In this document: one piece after another, positions 12,595 through 26,492 of the stretch
Layout of the letters: each line of letters begins with the position of its first letter
Numbering within the stretch: position 1 is the stretch's first letter
Source: Pseudoalteromonas translucida KMM 520
GTDB taxonomy: Bacteria; Pseudomonadota; Gammaproteobacteria; Enterobacterales; Alteromonadaceae
Length of the DNA stretch: 32,000 bases
Assembly: GCF_001465295.1 (NCBI RefSeq)
Contig: NZ_CP011034.1
Span: forward strand, 3,358,389 to 3,390,388
Reading direction: 5' to 3'
Translations under genes and position numbers: made by a program
Notes under the pieces: model-generated
The model's database searches: none
Told to the model about the DNA's origin: nothing
What the model saw: only the letters and a program-made list of their open reading frames with translations

Positions 12595-13953
12595 TTATTT
12601 TTTAACTGGGCGTTTCCAGCCATCTAAATTACGCTGCTTGCCTCGAGCAATAGCTAGTTGCTCATCTGCGACTGTATTCGTAATAACAGAGCCTGCACCA
12701 ATTGTTGCCATTGCACCAATATTTACGGGTGCAACAAGCGATGAGTTAGAACCAATAAAGGCATTGTTGCCAATAATGGTTTTTGCTTTATTAACGCCAT
12801 CATAGTTACAGGTAATAGTACCCGCGCCAATATTAACCTTTTCGCCAATTTCCGCATCACCTAGATAACTTAAGTGATTAGCTTTAGAGCCTTTACCTAA
12901 ACGGGTTTTTTTCATTTCGACGAAGTTACCAACATGTGAGTCTTCTTCCATAATGGCACCTGGGCGAAGGCGGGCATAGGGACCAAGCGTACATTTAGCT
13001 GCAACTGTTGCATCTTCTATAAGTGTATTAGCTTTGATTATAACGTTATCGCCAATGCTGCAGTTTTTAAGCACACAGTTTGGTCCAATTTCAACGTTAT
13101 GACCTATAGTCACTTTGCCTTCAAAAATCACGTTTATATCTATTAGTACATCTTCACCGGTGGTAACTGTTCCGCGAACATCTATACGGGCAGGATCGGC
13201 AAGTGTTGCACCATTAAGCATTAATTCTTGTGCTTGCCATGCTTGGTACGCACGTTCAAGGCCAGCTAGTTGTACGCGGTTATTAGCGCCCTCTACTTCC
13301 ATTGGGTGATCTGGCTGAGCTGATGTAATTTCAACACCTTCGCTATGTGCCATTGCCACTATGTCGGTTAGGTAATATTCGCCTTGCGCATTATTGTTAG
13401 ATAAGTTGCCTAACCAGCTTTTTAGCAATCGACCATTAACGGCCATAATACCGGTATTTACTTCGCTAATAAGTAATTGCTCTGGGCTGGCATCTTTTTG
13501 CTCAACAATACCCACTAACTTGCCATCAACACGCAGCATACGTCCGTAACCATTTGGATCAGCTAAATTTACGGTTAATACCGCTAAACCATGTTTAGGT
13601 GTCGCAGCTAATAAACGTTCAAGTGTTGATTGCTTAGTTAAAGGCACGTCACCGTATAAAATCAGCACTGTATCATCGTCATTAACATGTGAGTTGGCTT
13701 GCGCTACTGCATGACCCGTACCTAACTGCTCAGCTTGGAGTACCCAATTTACGTTGTTGTTGGCCAGTTGTTGTTGTAATAATTCGCCACCGTGACCGTA
13801 AACTAAGTTAGTGGTAGTTGCACCTAGTGCTTTTGCGTTATCAATAACGTGCTGCACCATAGGTTTGCCAGCCACTTTATGAAGAACTTTAGGTAGCGCT
13901 GAGCGCATGCGAGTACCTTTACCCGCTGCAAGAATAACCGTTGTTAGAGACAT
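12595..13953 (-). CDS. glmU: Bifunctional UDP-N-acetylglucosamine diphosphorylase / glucosamine-1-phosphate N-acetyltransferase (GlmU).
   Basis: 452 aa with an ATG start. The N-terminal nucleotidyltransferase motif is [17 protein letters not shown]. The C-terminal part is a long hexapeptide-repeat domain ([12 protein letters not shown]...[12 protein letters not shown]). Confidence 0.96.
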   Translation of the reverse strand: MSLTTVILAAGKGTRMRSALPKVLHKVAGKPMVQHVIDNAKALGATTTNLVYGHGGELLQQQLANNNVNWVLQAEQLGTGHAVAQANSHVNDDDTVLILYGDVPLTKQSTLERLLAATPKHGLAVLTVNLADPNGYGRMLRVDGKLVGIVEQKDASPEQLLISEVNTGIMAVNGRLLKSWLGNLSNNNAQGEYYLTDIVAMAHSEGVEITSAQPDHPMEVEGANNRVQLAGLERAYQAWQAQELMLNGATLADPARIDVRGTVTTGEDVLIDINVIFEGKVTIGHNVEIGPNCVLKNCSIGDNVIIKANTLIEDATVAAKCTLGPYARLRPGAIMEEDSHVGNFVEMKKTRLGKGSKANHLSYLGDAEIGEKVNIGAGTITCNYDGVNKAKTIIGNNAFIGSNSSLVAPVNIGAMATIGAGSVITNTVADEQLAIARGKQRNLDGWKRPVKK

Positions 13954-14207
13954 TAAAACAATTTCCTTTTTTCGTTGTTTTAGCTAAATAAGCGCGTACT
14001 GGTGCACAGTAGATTATGTAAATCACATCATGTGCAAATACTCAGTAGCTTAATTACTGACTACTGAATCTTGGCTGAAACACTCAGACACTTCAATGGC
14101 GTTATTGTAACGGGGATTAGTGATGGATATAAGTAACAAGGGATAAATAGTGAGCACAAAAAGTAAATTTATAATTTTTATAGCATTGCTGATTTATATT
14201 ACAGGCA

Positions 14208-14236
14208 CAAAAAAGCCCACGTTATGTGGGCTTTTA
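14208..14236 (-). terminator. Rho-independent terminator of the atp operon.
   Basis: AAAAGCCCAC-gttat-GTGGGCTTTT hairpin (14211-14235), with a T6 run on the minus strand, 15 nt past the atpC stop. Confidence 0.8.
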
Positions 14237-14250
14237 AAAACCAGATAGGC

Positions 14251-14673
14251 TTACTTTTTACGTAATTGCTGAATAATGCGTAGCTGAGCAATTGCTTCAG
14301 CTAGTTGCACTGCGGCTTGATTATAATCAAGTTCAGCAGATGCACCTTTCGCCATTTGAGCTTCAGCGTCACGCTTAGCGGCTTCTGCAGCTTGCTCGTC
14401 AAGGTCTTCACCACGAACAGCTGTATCAGCAAGAACAGTCACTAGATTAGGTTGCACTTCTAATGTACCGCCAGCAATGTAGATGAACTCTTCTTCACCA
14501 AATTGCTTAACTAAACGTACCATACCAGGTTTAAGGGCAGTAAGTAGTGGAGCGTGACCAGCATTAACGCCTAACTCACCTTCACTACCAGTAACTTGAA
14601 TCGATTCAACACGGCCAGAGAACAAACTCTGCTCTGCGCTTACTACATCAAGATGTACAGTCATAGCTGCCAT
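14251..14673 (-). CDS. atpC: F0F1 ATP synthase subunit epsilon.
   Basis: 140 aa. [20 protein letters not shown]...[11 protein letters not shown] is collinear with E. coli AtpC. A strong SD (GGAGGGGAG) lies upstream. Confidence 0.96.
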   Translation of the reverse strand: MAAMTVHLDVVSAEQSLFSGRVESIQVTGSEGELGVNAGHAPLLTALKPGMVRLVKQFGEEEFIYIAGGTLEVQPNLVTVLADTAVRGEDLDEQAAEAAKRDAEAQMAKGASAELDYNQAAVQLAEAIAQLRIIQQLRKK

Positions 14674-14687
14674 ACTCCCCTCCTAAG

Positions 14688-16106
<1,419 letters not shown>

Positions 16107-16967
16107 TTAAACTGCTGCTGAACCAGAACAAATCTCACTAATTTCTTGTGTGATTGCTGCTTGGCGAGCTTTGTTATAAATAAGCTGTAACTCATCCATA
16201 AGGTCGCCGGCATTATCTGTTGCAGCTTTCATTGCAACCATGCGGGCAGCCTGCTCAGATGCAGCATTTTCAACTACACCTTGGTATACTTGAGACTCAA
16301 CAAACCGTACTAACAACGCTTCTAAAATAGCGTCTGGGTTTGGCTCATACAAGTAATCCCATGTGTGGGCAGATACTTCTTCTTCAGCTTTTGGCAAAGG
16401 GAGTAACTGATCTACTGTTGGCTCTTGCTTCATGGTATTTACAAACTTGTTGTATACCAAGAATAAACGGTCAATTTTACCTTCAGAGAATGCATCAAGC
16501 ATTACTTTTACAGGACCAATTATATCCTGAATTGAAGGTTTATCTCCTAAGCCTGCTTTTTTAGCAAGGACTTGACCACCAAAGCGTTGGAAGAAACCAG
16601 CAGCTTTACTGCCTAAAGTTGCAAACTCTGCGCTTACACCTTTTTCTTTCCATGCTTTAATATCTAGTGCAACTTTTTTAAACTCATTTGAGTTTAAACC
16701 GCCACACAGACCACGGTCTGTAGAGATAACAATATAACCAACTCGTTTTACTTCACGCTCTTCTAAAAAAGGGTGGGTAAAATCAAGATTTGCTTGAGCA
16801 ACACGACCAATCACTGTGCGTAATTTTGCAGCGTATGGACGGCTTGTAGCAACGCGTTCTTGCGCCCTTTTCATTTTAGACGCAGCAACCATTTCCATTG
16901 CGCTAGTGATCTTTTGAGTATTTTTAATACTACCGATCTTGCTTTTAATCTCTTTTCCGCTGGCCAT
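16107..16967 (-). CDS. atpG: F0F1 ATP synthase subunit gamma.
   Basis: 286 aa. [36 protein letters not shown] is the canonical AtpG N-terminus, and the C-terminus [15 protein letters not shown] also fits. Confidence 0.97.
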   Translation of the reverse strand: MASGKEIKSKIGSIKNTQKITSAMEMVAASKMKRAQERVATSRPYAAKLRTVIGRVAQANLDFTHPFLEEREVKRVGYIVISTDRGLCGGLNSNEFKKVALDIKAWKEKGVSAEFATLGSKAAGFFQRFGGQVLAKKAGLGDKPSIQDIIGPVKVMLDAFSEGKIDRLFLVYNKFVNTMKQEPTVDQLLPLPKAEEEVSAHTWDYLYEPNPDAILEALLVRFVESQVYQGVVENAASEQAARMVAMKAATDNAGDLMDELQLIYNKARQAAITQEISEICSGSAAV

Positions 16968-17027
16968 GACTCTCTCTCCGAATCAAGGTGTGCTTTAGTT
17001 TCCTAAAGCGCACCATTAATAACTATA

Positions 17028-18569
17028 TTACCAAGTTTGCGTAGACTTGAACTTCGTTAGAAGTTCTTTAAGTTGCGCTTCGATCTCGGCGTTGTAGTTA
17101 CCAGTTTCATTGATTTGAGCCACAAGCTCTGCGTATGTGCTATTTGCATACGAAAGTAAAGCCGCTTCAAAATCCATGATCTTAGCGATCTCGATATCTT
17201 GAAGGTAGCCTTTTTCAGCAGCAAATAACGACAAAGACATTTCAGCAACAGACATTGGCGCGTACTGTTTCTGCTTCATTAGCTCTGTTACACGCTCACC
17301 ATGCTCAAGTTGAGCACGAGTTGCATCATCAAGGTCAGACGCGAACTGCGAGAACGCAGCTAATTCACGGTACTGAGCTAGGGCTAGACGAATACCGCCA
17401 CCTAGTTTCTTAACGATTTTAGTTTGTGCAGCACCACCAACACGCGATACCGAAATACCAGCGTTTACTGCTGGACGGATACCTGAGTTGAATAGGTCAG
17501 TTTCTAAGAAGATTTGACCATCGGTGATAGAGATAACGTTAGTCGGTACGAACGCAGAAACGTCGCCGCCTTGAGTTTCAATGATTGGCAATGCCGTCAA
17601 TGAACCAGTTGTACCTTTCACTTCACCATTAGTGAACTTTTCAACGTATTCAGCGTTTACACGCGAAGCACGTTCTAAAAGACGAGAGTGAAGATAGAAT
17701 ACGTCACCTGGGTATGCTTCACGACCTGGCGGGCGCTTAAGTAGTAATGAAATTTGACGATAAGCAACTGCTTGCTTAGACAAATCATCATATACGATTA
17801 AAGCGTTTTCACCGCGGTCACGGAAGTATTCACCCATAGTACAGCCCGCGAACGGTGCTAAGTACTGAAGTGCCGCTGATTCAGAAGCAGATGCAACAAC
17901 TACGATAGTATTTGCTAATGCACCGTGCTCTTCTAATTTGCGAACTACGTTAGCAATAGTAGATGCTTTTTGACCAATCGCAACGTACACACACTTAACG
18001 CCTGTGCCTTTTTGATTGATGATTGCATCGATTGCTAGTGCAGTTTTACCTGTTTGGCGATCACCGATGATAAGTTCACGTTGACCACGACCAACTGGAA
18101 TCATCGCATCGATAGATTTATAACCAGTTTGCACTGGCTCATCTACAGATTTACGCTCGATTACACCTGGTGCAATTTTTTCTACAGGTTCAAACCCGTC
18201 ATTATCTAGCGCGCCTTTACCATCGATCGGAGCACCTAGTGTGTTAACAACACGACCAAGTAGACCTGGACCAACAGGCACTTCTAAAATACGACCAGTT
18301 GTATATACTTTTACGCCTTCAGTAAGATCCGCGTACGGACCCATTACTACTGCACCAATTGAGTCGCGCTCAAGGTTTAGTGCGATAGCATAACGGTTGC
18401 CTGGAAGCTCAATCATCTCACCTTGCATACAGTCAGCTAGACCGTGGATGCGGATGATACCGTCTGTAACAGATACAATAGTACCTTCGTTACGAGCTTC
18501 ACTTACAACTTCGAACTGCTCAATACGTTGTTTGATCAGATCTGAAATTTCAGTGGAATTAAGTTGCAT
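17028..18569 (-). CDS. atpA: F0F1 ATP synthase subunit alpha.
   Basis: 513 aa with Walker A GDRQTGKT and strong collinearity with E. coli AtpA. Confidence 0.98.
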   Translation of the reverse strand: MQLNSTEISDLIKQRIEQFEVVSEARNEGTIVSVTDGIIRIHGLADCMQGEMIELPGNRYAIALNLERDSIGAVVMGPYADLTEGVKVYTTGRILEVPVGPGLLGRVVNTLGAPIDGKGALDNDGFEPVEKIAPGVIERKSVDEPVQTGYKSIDAMIPVGRGQRELIIGDRQTGKTALAIDAIINQKGTGVKCVYVAIGQKASTIANVVRKLEEHGALANTIVVVASASESAALQYLAPFAGCTMGEYFRDRGENALIVYDDLSKQAVAYRQISLLLKRPPGREAYPGDVFYLHSRLLERASRVNAEYVEKFTNGEVKGTTGSLTALPIIETQGGDVSAFVPTNVISITDGQIFLETDLFNSGIRPAVNAGISVSRVGGAAQTKIVKKLGGGIRLALAQYRELAAFSQFASDLDDATRAQLEHGERVTELMKQKQYAPMSVAEMSLSLFAAEKGYLQDIEIAKIMDFEAALLSYANSTYAELVAQINETGNYNAEIEAQLKELLTKFKSTQTW

Positions 18570-18583
18570 GCTCTTTTTCCCAA

Positions 18584-19117
18584 TTACGATTGTAGTGTTG
18601 TGGCTAAGCGGTTTAATTTACCGCGAATAGAGCCGTCGATTACAGTGTCACCCGCCTTAATAATAAGGCCTCCAACTACTGCTGCGTCTTCACTACAATT
18701 CAGCTTAACTTTGCGTGCGAAACGTTTTTCAAGTGCCGCTACCAATGACTCTTGTTGCGCTGCAACAAGAGGGGTTGCCGAAATCACATCAACGTCGATT
18801 TCTTTATCGTATTCTGCTTTAAATTTAGCAAATAACTGTGCAACTGCTGGTAGTGCGATCAAACGTCCATTTTCAGCCATCACCTTAACTAGGTTCTGAC
18901 CTTGTTCGTTGAGCTGCTCAGCACAAATTTGAATAAATAATTCAGCTTGTGTAGTAGCAGTAGGCATACCCGCTAGAAGCGCAGATGCTTTTTCATCGCT
19001 AGCAACGTGGCCAGCAAAAAATAACATCTCGTTCCAACTTTCAATAGTGCCTTTTTCAACGGCAAGTTCAAAAGCCGCTTTAGCGTATGGGCGAGCGATA
19101 GTAGTCAATTCAGACAT
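18584..19117 (-). CDS. atpH: F0F1 ATP synthase subunit delta.
   Basis: [17 protein letters not shown]... parallels E. coli [16 protein letters not shown]. The track ORF starts two codons earlier (19123), but the GGAGGG SD is optimally spaced for the ATG at 19115-19117. Confidence 0.95.
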   Translation of the reverse strand: MSELTTIARPYAKAAFELAVEKGTIESWNEMLFFAGHVASDEKASALLAGMPTATTQAELFIQICAEQLNEQGQNLVKVMAENGRLIALPAVAQLFAKFKAEYDKEIDVDVISATPLVAAQQESLVAALEKRFARKVKLNCSEDAAVVGGLIIKAGDTVIDGSIRGKLNRLATTLQS

Positions 19118-19133
19118 GCTCATACCCTCCTAG

Positions 19134-19604
19134 TTACAGCTCAGCGACAAGTTTTTCAACGATGTCACTATGTGCAGCTTGATTAATTTCACGCTCTAAA
19201 ATTCTCTGTGCGCCAACCACTGCCAGAGTTGCTACTTGCTTACGTAGCTCTTCTGTCACACGGTTACGCTCTGATTCAATTTCAGAGTGCCCTTGAGCAA
19301 TGATTTTTTCACGCTCTTGTTGACCACGAACTGTCTCTTCGTCAACAATTAGCACAGCACGCTTTTTAGCTTGGTCTATGATATCAGCCGCTTGAACTTT
19401 GGCATCTTTAAGCTGTTCTGCAGCTTTCTTTTGCGCTAGTTCTAAGTCTTTTTCGGCTCTATCAGAGGCAGCTAAACCATCTTCGATTTTTTTCTGGCGA
19501 GCTTCAATTGCACCGTTTAGTGGTGGCCATACGAACTTCATACAAAAAAGTACGAACACCGTAAACGCAATCAATTCACCGATAAGAGTGGCGTTTAAAT
19601 TCAC
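19134..19604 (-). CDS. atpF: F0F1 ATP synthase subunit b.
   Basis: 156 aa. [28 protein letters not shown]... is collinear with E. coli AtpF. GTG start, as in E. coli. Confidence 0.96.
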   Translation of the reverse strand: MNLNATLIGELIAFTVFVLFCMKFVWPPLNGAIEARQKKIEDGLAASDRAEKDLELAQKKAAEQLKDAKVQAADIIDQAKKRAVLIVDEETVRGQQEREKIIAQGHSEIESERNRVTEELRKQVATLAVVGAQRILEREINQAAHSDIVEKLVAEL

Positions 19605-19645
19605 AACCGCTCCTCCTTAAATAGTAAGCTGTTCAAAAAATAAAA

Positions 19646-19918
<273 letters not shown>

Positions 19919-19938
19919 TTAAAGGTAAAGATTATAAA

Positions 19939-21191
<1,253 letters not shown>

Positions 21192-21243
21192 GTTTAGTTA
21201 ACCTTAATGGCGTTCTAATTGTCAGGGTATGAAAACTGGCGAA

Positions 21244-21271
21244 ATTATACTTAATCCTGCCAGTTTTGCAA
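21244..21271 (-). promoter_or_regulatory. Putative sigma70 promoter of the atp operon.
   Basis: Minus strand: TTGCAA (21266-21271), a 16-nt spacer, then TATAAT (21244-21249), ~50 nt upstream of the atpI start. It is embedded in a 9-bp inverted repeat AAAACTGGC/GCCAGTTTT. Confidence 0.45.
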
Positions 21272-21333
21272 CTTGAGTAGCTGTATTGTGGTGTAAAATA
21301 ACGACAATTGTCTCATTTTAGACATGTTATTTA

Positions 21334-22260
21334 TTAATGCTGGGAATAGTCTTGGTTGATACGGTTTAAAATGCCATCTAATTCATCAAGGTTAGTGTAA
21401 GAAATAACCAACTTACCTTTGCCTTTTTTGTTATAGTTTATTTCAACTTTGGCACCTATGTTTTCAGCGAGTTGTTGCTCTAACTGTTTAACATCTGGAT
21501 CTTTTTCTGTTGCTTCTTTAGCGGCTACAGGCTCTAAAATTGAACGTACAAGCTTTTCGGTTTCTCGCACTGTAAGTGCTTTAGCCACAGCTAAACGCGC
21601 CGCATCAGATTGCGTATCTCCCTCAAGCGCTAATAAACAACGAGCGTGGCCCATTTCAATATCGCCGTGTTCTAACAATGTTTTTACGTCATTATTTAAA
21701 TTATTTAGACGCAATAAATTAGTCACTGTAGTACGAGATTTACCAACGGCATCGGCTACTTGTTGATGCGTTAATTCAAACTCATTTAGTAAACGGTTTA
21801 AAGCAACCGCTTCTTCCATGGCATTTAAATCTTCACGCTGAATATTTTCTATTAAAGCAATAGCAACCGCAGCTTCATCGGGTACATCTTTAATAATACA
21901 AGGTACGGTATCAAGCTTAGCTATTTGCGCTGCACGCCAACGACGTTCACCGGCAATAATTTCATAGCTATTGTGTGCAATAGGGCGTACTACAATTGGC
22001 TGAATAATGCCTTGCGCGCGAATTGAACTGGCTAACTCTTCTAATGCTTCTTCCGACATATCTTTACGCGGTTGATATTTACCCGAGTGTAAAAATTCGA
22101 TCGGTAATTTTTGTAATTCGCTTTGTTGAGATTGCGTTACATTGTGCATAATGTCAGTTGTATTTGACGAATTTTGCTCATTGCTACTTGTTGGTGCAGG
22201 TTTTGATGAACTTAACAGCGCATCGAGTCCTCGGCCTAAACCTCTTTTTTTAGCAGACAT
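21334..22260 (-). CDS. parB: Chromosome partitioning protein ParB (Spo0J family).
   Basis: 308 aa with the ParB box GERRWRAAQ and an HTH segment (THQQVADAVGKSRTTVTNLLRL). Confidence 0.95.
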   Translation of the reverse strand: MSAKKRGLGRGLDALLSSSKPAPTSSNEQNSSNTTDIMHNVTQSQQSELQKLPIEFLHSGKYQPRKDMSEEALEELASSIRAQGIIQPIVVRPIAHNSYEIIAGERRWRAAQIAKLDTVPCIIKDVPDEAAVAIALIENIQREDLNAMEEAVALNRLLNEFELTHQQVADAVGKSRTTVTNLLRLNNLNNDVKTLLEHGDIEMGHARCLLALEGDTQSDAARLAVAKALTVRETEKLVRSILEPVAAKEATEKDPDVKQLEQQLAENIGAKVEINYNKKGKGKLVISYTNLDELDGILNRINQDYSQH

Positions 22261-22280
22261 ATTATTTTTTTACCTCAAAG

Positions 22281-23066
22281 TTAGGCGACAACTGGCGTTG
22301 TTTTTTCTTTTCTGCGTAACATTTCACCAGCCAGTGCTAAATATGCTTTAGCACCACTTGATGCCCGGTCATAATACATCGCTGGTGCACCAAAACTTGG
22401 TGCTTCGGCTAAGCGAACATTACGCGGGATCACTGTGCGGTAAACTTTATCGCCAAAATGTTGTTTTAATTGTTCTGATACATCATTAGCTAATCGATTA
22501 CGCGGATCGTACATAGTACGAAGTATGCCTTCAATTTGTAGCTTAGGATTAACTAACTTGGCAAGTTGCGTAATGGTGTCCATTAATGCGGTTAAACCTT
22601 CTAACGCATAATATTCACATTGCATAGGGACTAAAATAGAGTCGGCTGCAGCCATGGCATTTACGGTTAACATATTTAAAGAAGGGGGGCAGTCAATAAA
22701 AATGAATTCATATTGATCTTTAATTTTTTCCAGCGCATTACGCAAACGCACTTCACGGGCAAATAATTCCATTAATTTTACTTCTGCAGCGGTTACATCA
22801 CCGTTTGCAGCAATCATATGATATTCACCAGAGGTTTCTTTAATTATAACCTCTTCAATTGGCTTGTTTTCTATCAGCAAATCGTAAATAGTTGGCACGT
22901 CGCCATACTTATCTACGCCACTCCCCATAGTGGCATTACCTTGCGGATCGAGATCAATTAACAACACTTTTCGTTTTGTTGCAGCCATAGATGCAGCGAG
23001 GTTAACAGCGGTTGTAGTTTTACCTACACCACCTTTTTGATTTGCTAATGCGATGACTTTTGCCAC
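22281..23066 (-). CDS. parA: Chromosome partitioning ATPase ParA (Soj family).
   Basis: 261 aa with the deviant Walker A NQKGGVGKTT. GTG start. Confidence 0.95.
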   Translation of the reverse strand: MAKVIALANQKGGVGKTTTAVNLAASMAATKRKVLLIDLDPQGNATMGSGVDKYGDVPTIYDLLIENKPIEEVIIKETSGEYHMIAANGDVTAAEVKLMELFAREVRLRNALEKIKDQYEFIFIDCPPSLNMLTVNAMAAADSILVPMQCEYYALEGLTALMDTITQLAKLVNPKLQIEGILRTMYDPRNRLANDVSEQLKQHFGDKVYRTVIPRNVRLAEAPSFGAPAMYYDRASSGAKAYLALAGEMLRRKEKTTPVVA

Positions 23067-23080
23067 TGTGTCTCTGATCC

Positions 23081-23701
23081 CTAGTCTTTAGAAAGAATAA
23101 TTAAATGTCGTTGTGCATCTAAATTAGGTACTTCTAATGCAATTTTTTGCTCAAACTTAACGCCAGTTGGTAATGACTCTAGCTCTTCGCTAGGAAACAC
23201 ACCTTTAAGGGCAATAAATTTTCCTGAATGATCAATTAAGTGTCCACACCAGTCAACCATATCTTGCAATGAAGCAAATGCGCGACTGAGTACACCATCT
23301 AATTTAACACTTGGCTGATATTCTTCAACTCTTGACTGCACTGGAGTGACGTTATCAAGTCCTAGCTCATGTTTAACATGCATTAAAAAACGTACACGTT
23401 TACCTAAACTATCAAGTAACACAAAATGGGTGTTAGGTAATGCAATCGCTAATACAATACCAGGTAAGCCAGGGCCAGTTCCTACATCAATATAATGATG
23501 ACCGGGTAAATGAGGTGCAACAACTAAGCTGTCCATTATGTGCTTAACCATCATTTCTTCAGGTAAGCGTACTGAGGTTAAATTATAAGCTTTGTTCCAC
23601 TTAGTTAATAACTCAACGTAACGAACCAGCTGTTGCTGTTGTTTTTCGGTTAGCGCAATATCAGTTTGCGCTAACAATGTAGTTAATTGTTGCTGTAACA
23701 C
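23081..23701 (-). CDS. rsmG: 16S rRNA (guanine527-N7)-methyltransferase RsmG (GidB).
   Basis: 206 aa with the SAM-binding motif [11 protein letters not shown]. It occupies the conserved position downstream of mnmG. GTG start. Confidence 0.93.
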   Translation of the reverse strand: MLQQQLTTLLAQTDIALTEKQQQQLVRYVELLTKWNKAYNLTSVRLPEEMMVKHIMDSLVVAPHLPGHHYIDVGTGPGLPGIVLAIALPNTHFVLLDSLGKRVRFLMHVKHELGLDNVTPVQSRVEEYQPSVKLDGVLSRAFASLQDMVDWCGHLIDHSGKFIALKGVFPSEELESLPTGVKFEQKIALEVPNLDAQRHLIILSKD

Positions 23702-23716
23702 TAGGTACCCTCGCCG

Positions 23717-25606
23717 TTATGCAGATTTGCGTAACAAGCCTTGCTTCTTCAGATACACCAATAATAACGAAATCGCCGCTGGGGTGATACCAGAAATACG
23801 CGAAGCTTGTCCAATAGTGTCTGGACGAGCATCAATCAGCTTAGCAACAACCTCATTTGATAAACCCGATACGGTTTTATAATCAAACTCTTTTGGTAAA
23901 ATTGTTTGCTCATGCCGTAACTGTTTATTGATCTCATCTTGCTGGCGCACAATATAACCTGCGTACTTTGTATGGATCTCAACTTGTTCAAGCGCGGCTT
24001 GATTAGTAAATTCAGATCCTAAGCCGTCAATTGCCATTAGATCGTTATAACGAATTTCAGGACGACGTAATAATTCCTCTAAACTAGCTTCACGCGTTAA
24101 TGGCGTTTTTAGCAATGCATTAACTTGATCTATCATTGTATGATCTTTGTGGATCCAAGTATCTTTAATACGCTGTTTCTCTTTTGCGATCACTTCCATT
24201 TTTTCGTTATATGCCTGCCAACGCTCGTCATTCACTAAGCCTAATTCGCGGCCTTTTTCAGTTAAACGAATATCGGCATTATCTTCACGTAATAATAAAC
24301 GATACTCAGCACGGCTAGTAAACATACGGTAAGGTTCTTTCGTTCCTAAAGTAGTTAAGTCGTCAATAAGTACACCCACATAAGCTTCGTCACGACGTGG
24401 AGTCCAAGACTCTTTACCCTGAACTTTTAAAGCAGCATTCATACCTGCAATTAAGCCTTGCGCACCCGCTTCTTCATAACCGGTGGTACCATTTATTTGG
24501 CCCGCAAAAAATAAGCCTTCAATAAATTTAGTTTCTAATGATTGCTTTAAATCGCGAGGATCAAAAAAGTCATATTCAATAGCATAACCAGGACGACAAA
24601 TATGGGCGTTTTCAAAGCCAGTAATAGATTGCACAATTTCAATTTGCACATCAAACGGTAAACTGGTCGAAATACCATTAGGGTATAATTCATATGATGT
24701 TAAACCTTCTGGCTCAACAAAAATTTGATGTTTGTCTTTATCAGCAAAACGAACAATTTTATCTTCAATAGAAGGGCAGTAGCGCGGGCCTATGCCTTCA
24801 ATCACACCACCATACATTGGCGAGCGATGTAAGTTTTTACGAATAACATCATGGGTCTTTTCATTAGTAAAGGTGATGTAACACGGTATTTGTTGTGGGT
24901 GATCACTTGGTTTACCCATAAATGAAAATACCGGTATAGGCGTATCACCTGCTTGTTCTTGCATTTTACTAAAATCAACAGTACGTGCATCAATGCGTGG
25001 TGGAGTACCTGTTTTTAAACGATCCACTCTAAAAGGTAATTCACGTAAACGATCAGCTAATGCAATTGAAGGAGGATCGCCTGCACGACCACCTTTAAAG
25101 TTTTCTAAACCTATATGTATTTGGCCACCTAAAAAAGTACCTACGGTTAGCACAACACTTGGAGCACTAAAACGTAAACCCATTTGGGTAACCACACCAG
25201 TAACACGATCGTTTTCAACAATAAGATCATCACACGATTGTTGAAAAATCTTTAAGTTATCTTGGTTTTGCAATGTTGTTTGAATTGCCGCTTTGTACAA
25301 AGCGCGATCAGCCTGTGCTCGGGTTGCACGAACGGCTGGGCCTTTTGAAGAATTAAGTGTGCGAAATTGGATCCCGCCTTTGTCAATGGCCTGTGCCATT
25401 GCCCCACCTAGTGCGTCAATTTCTTTAACTAAGTGACCTTTGCCAATGCCACCAATTGCTGGGTTACATGACATTTGACCAAGTGTATCCATATTGTGAG
25501 TTAGCAGCAGGGTATTCATCCCCATACGTGCGGCTGCCAATGCGGCTTCAGTGCCAGCATGTCCACCACCTACTACGATAACGTCAAAATTTTCGTGAAA
25601 AATCAT
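23717..25606 (-). CDS. mnmG: tRNA uridine 5-carboxymethylaminomethyl modification enzyme MnmG (GidA).
   Basis: 629 aa with the FAD-binding N-terminus [16 protein letters not shown]. Collinear with GidA and adjacent to oriC. Confidence 0.98.
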   Translation of the reverse strand: MIFHENFDVIVVGGGHAGTEAALAAARMGMNTLLLTHNMDTLGQMSCNPAIGGIGKGHLVKEIDALGGAMAQAIDKGGIQFRTLNSSKGPAVRATRAQADRALYKAAIQTTLQNQDNLKIFQQSCDDLIVENDRVTGVVTQMGLRFSAPSVVLTVGTFLGGQIHIGLENFKGGRAGDPPSIALADRLRELPFRVDRLKTGTPPRIDARTVDFSKMQEQAGDTPIPVFSFMGKPSDHPQQIPCYITFTNEKTHDVIRKNLHRSPMYGGVIEGIGPRYCPSIEDKIVRFADKDKHQIFVEPEGLTSYELYPNGISTSLPFDVQIEIVQSITGFENAHICRPGYAIEYDFFDPRDLKQSLETKFIEGLFFAGQINGTTGYEEAGAQGLIAGMNAALKVQGKESWTPRRDEAYVGVLIDDLTTLGTKEPYRMFTSRAEYRLLLREDNADIRLTEKGRELGLVNDERWQAYNEKMEVIAKEKQRIKDTWIHKDHTMIDQVNALLKTPLTREASLEELLRRPEIRYNDLMAIDGLGSEFTNQAALEQVEIHTKYAGYIVRQQDEINKQLRHEQTILPKEFDYKTVSGLSNEVVAKLIDARPDTIGQASRISGITPAAISLLLVYLKKQGLLRKSA

Positions 25607-26032
25607 TAATGGGATCCTACTTAAATCAAACCAGTAAACTTCAAAAGGGAGCGTATTCTACCTAGAATTTAGCAGAAGATAAATGATTAACAGCGGTCAA
25701 GATCTAAGTGTGTGATCTCTAATAATATAAAGGATCTTTTAAAGAGATCTTTTATTACTATTACTACTACTGAAGCACTTTTCTGTTGATAAGGTTTAGA
25801 TCTTTATTTAAAACATATGATTAGATCAGATCTAAAGGTGTGAACATGATCGGATCATCCAGCGAATAAGCTCTGATCAAAAAGGCACTTTATGCACAGG
25901 GCAATATCAACCGGATCTTATCCAATGGATAAGCATAGCTATAAACGCAGTTTAATCAGTGGTTATCCACAAAAACTATTAAATTATTAGCAAATTGTGG
26001 GTAACTTTAATTTCATTTTTTAGCTTGATCTA
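25607..26032. other. oriC: Chromosomal replication origin oriC (enterobacterial/Vibrio type, mnmG-oriC-mioC arrangement).
   Basis: I counted 13 GATC sites by hand between 25613 and 26030.
- Four GATCT-led AT-rich 13-mers start at 25701, 25714, 25733 and 25746.
- DnaA boxes: TGTTGATAA (25784-25792), TTATGCACA (25890-25898), TTATCCAAT/ATGGATAAG (25917-25933), a perfect TTATCCACA (25963-25971) and TGTGGGTAA (25996-26004).
- The segment GAACATGATCGGATCATCC...GCTCTGATCA parallels the E. coli oriC GAATGATCGGTGATCC...GCTGGGATCA. Confidence 0.9.
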
Positions 26033-26482
26033 TTAATTTAAGCCTGTTTTAGCTAGCCAAGAGTCAAGCCAGGCCAATGCAGTATCCTCTGGTAGCGCTT
26101 CATCAAGAATATTAAGCTCTAAGCGTTCGGCTACTCTAATTGCGCCTTTTTGTGCTAATAGCTCATCTATATTGCGCCCAGCAAGGTTATAAGTATCGTA
26201 GCTGGTATCGCCTAAACCAATAACTGAGTATTTTATATCAGATAAATCATCAGCTTGTGTTAAATCGTCAATAAAGCCAATTAAGTTTTCAGGGTAATCT
26301 CCTGCGCCATAAGTAGATGTACATATTAACCAAATAGTATTTTGCTGATCTATATCGTTAAATGCAGGCTGTTCATGTAGTTGCGTACTAATACCTTGAG
26401 CATTAAGTTGATCACCTAATTGCTCTGCAACATATTCAGCGGATCCCATTTGGCTGCCAATAATAATATTTACTGCACTCAT
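26033..26482 (-). CDS. mioC: FMN-binding flavodoxin-like protein MioC.
   Basis: 149 aa. The flavodoxin N-terminus is IIIGSQMGSAEYVAEQL and the STYGAGDYPEN FMN loop is present. It sits next to oriC and is transcribed toward it, as in E. coli. Confidence 0.9.
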   Translation of the reverse strand: MSAVNIIIGSQMGSAEYVAEQLGDQLNAQGISTQLHEQPAFNDIDQQNTIWLICTSTYGAGDYPENLIGFIDDLTQADDLSDIKYSVIGLGDTSYDTYNLAGRNIDELLAQKGAIRVAERLELNILDEALPEDTALAWLDSWLAKTGLN

Positions 26483-26492
26483 TAATTTTTGT

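Noticed and set aside
21192-26032. parS centromere sites (TGTTNCACGTGAAACA) near parAB and oriC.
   Set aside because: I looked at every CACGTG core I could find by eye in the window (for example in glmS, 23S, 16S and atpD). None has the flanking TGTT/AACA arms. The parS sites presumably lie outside this window.
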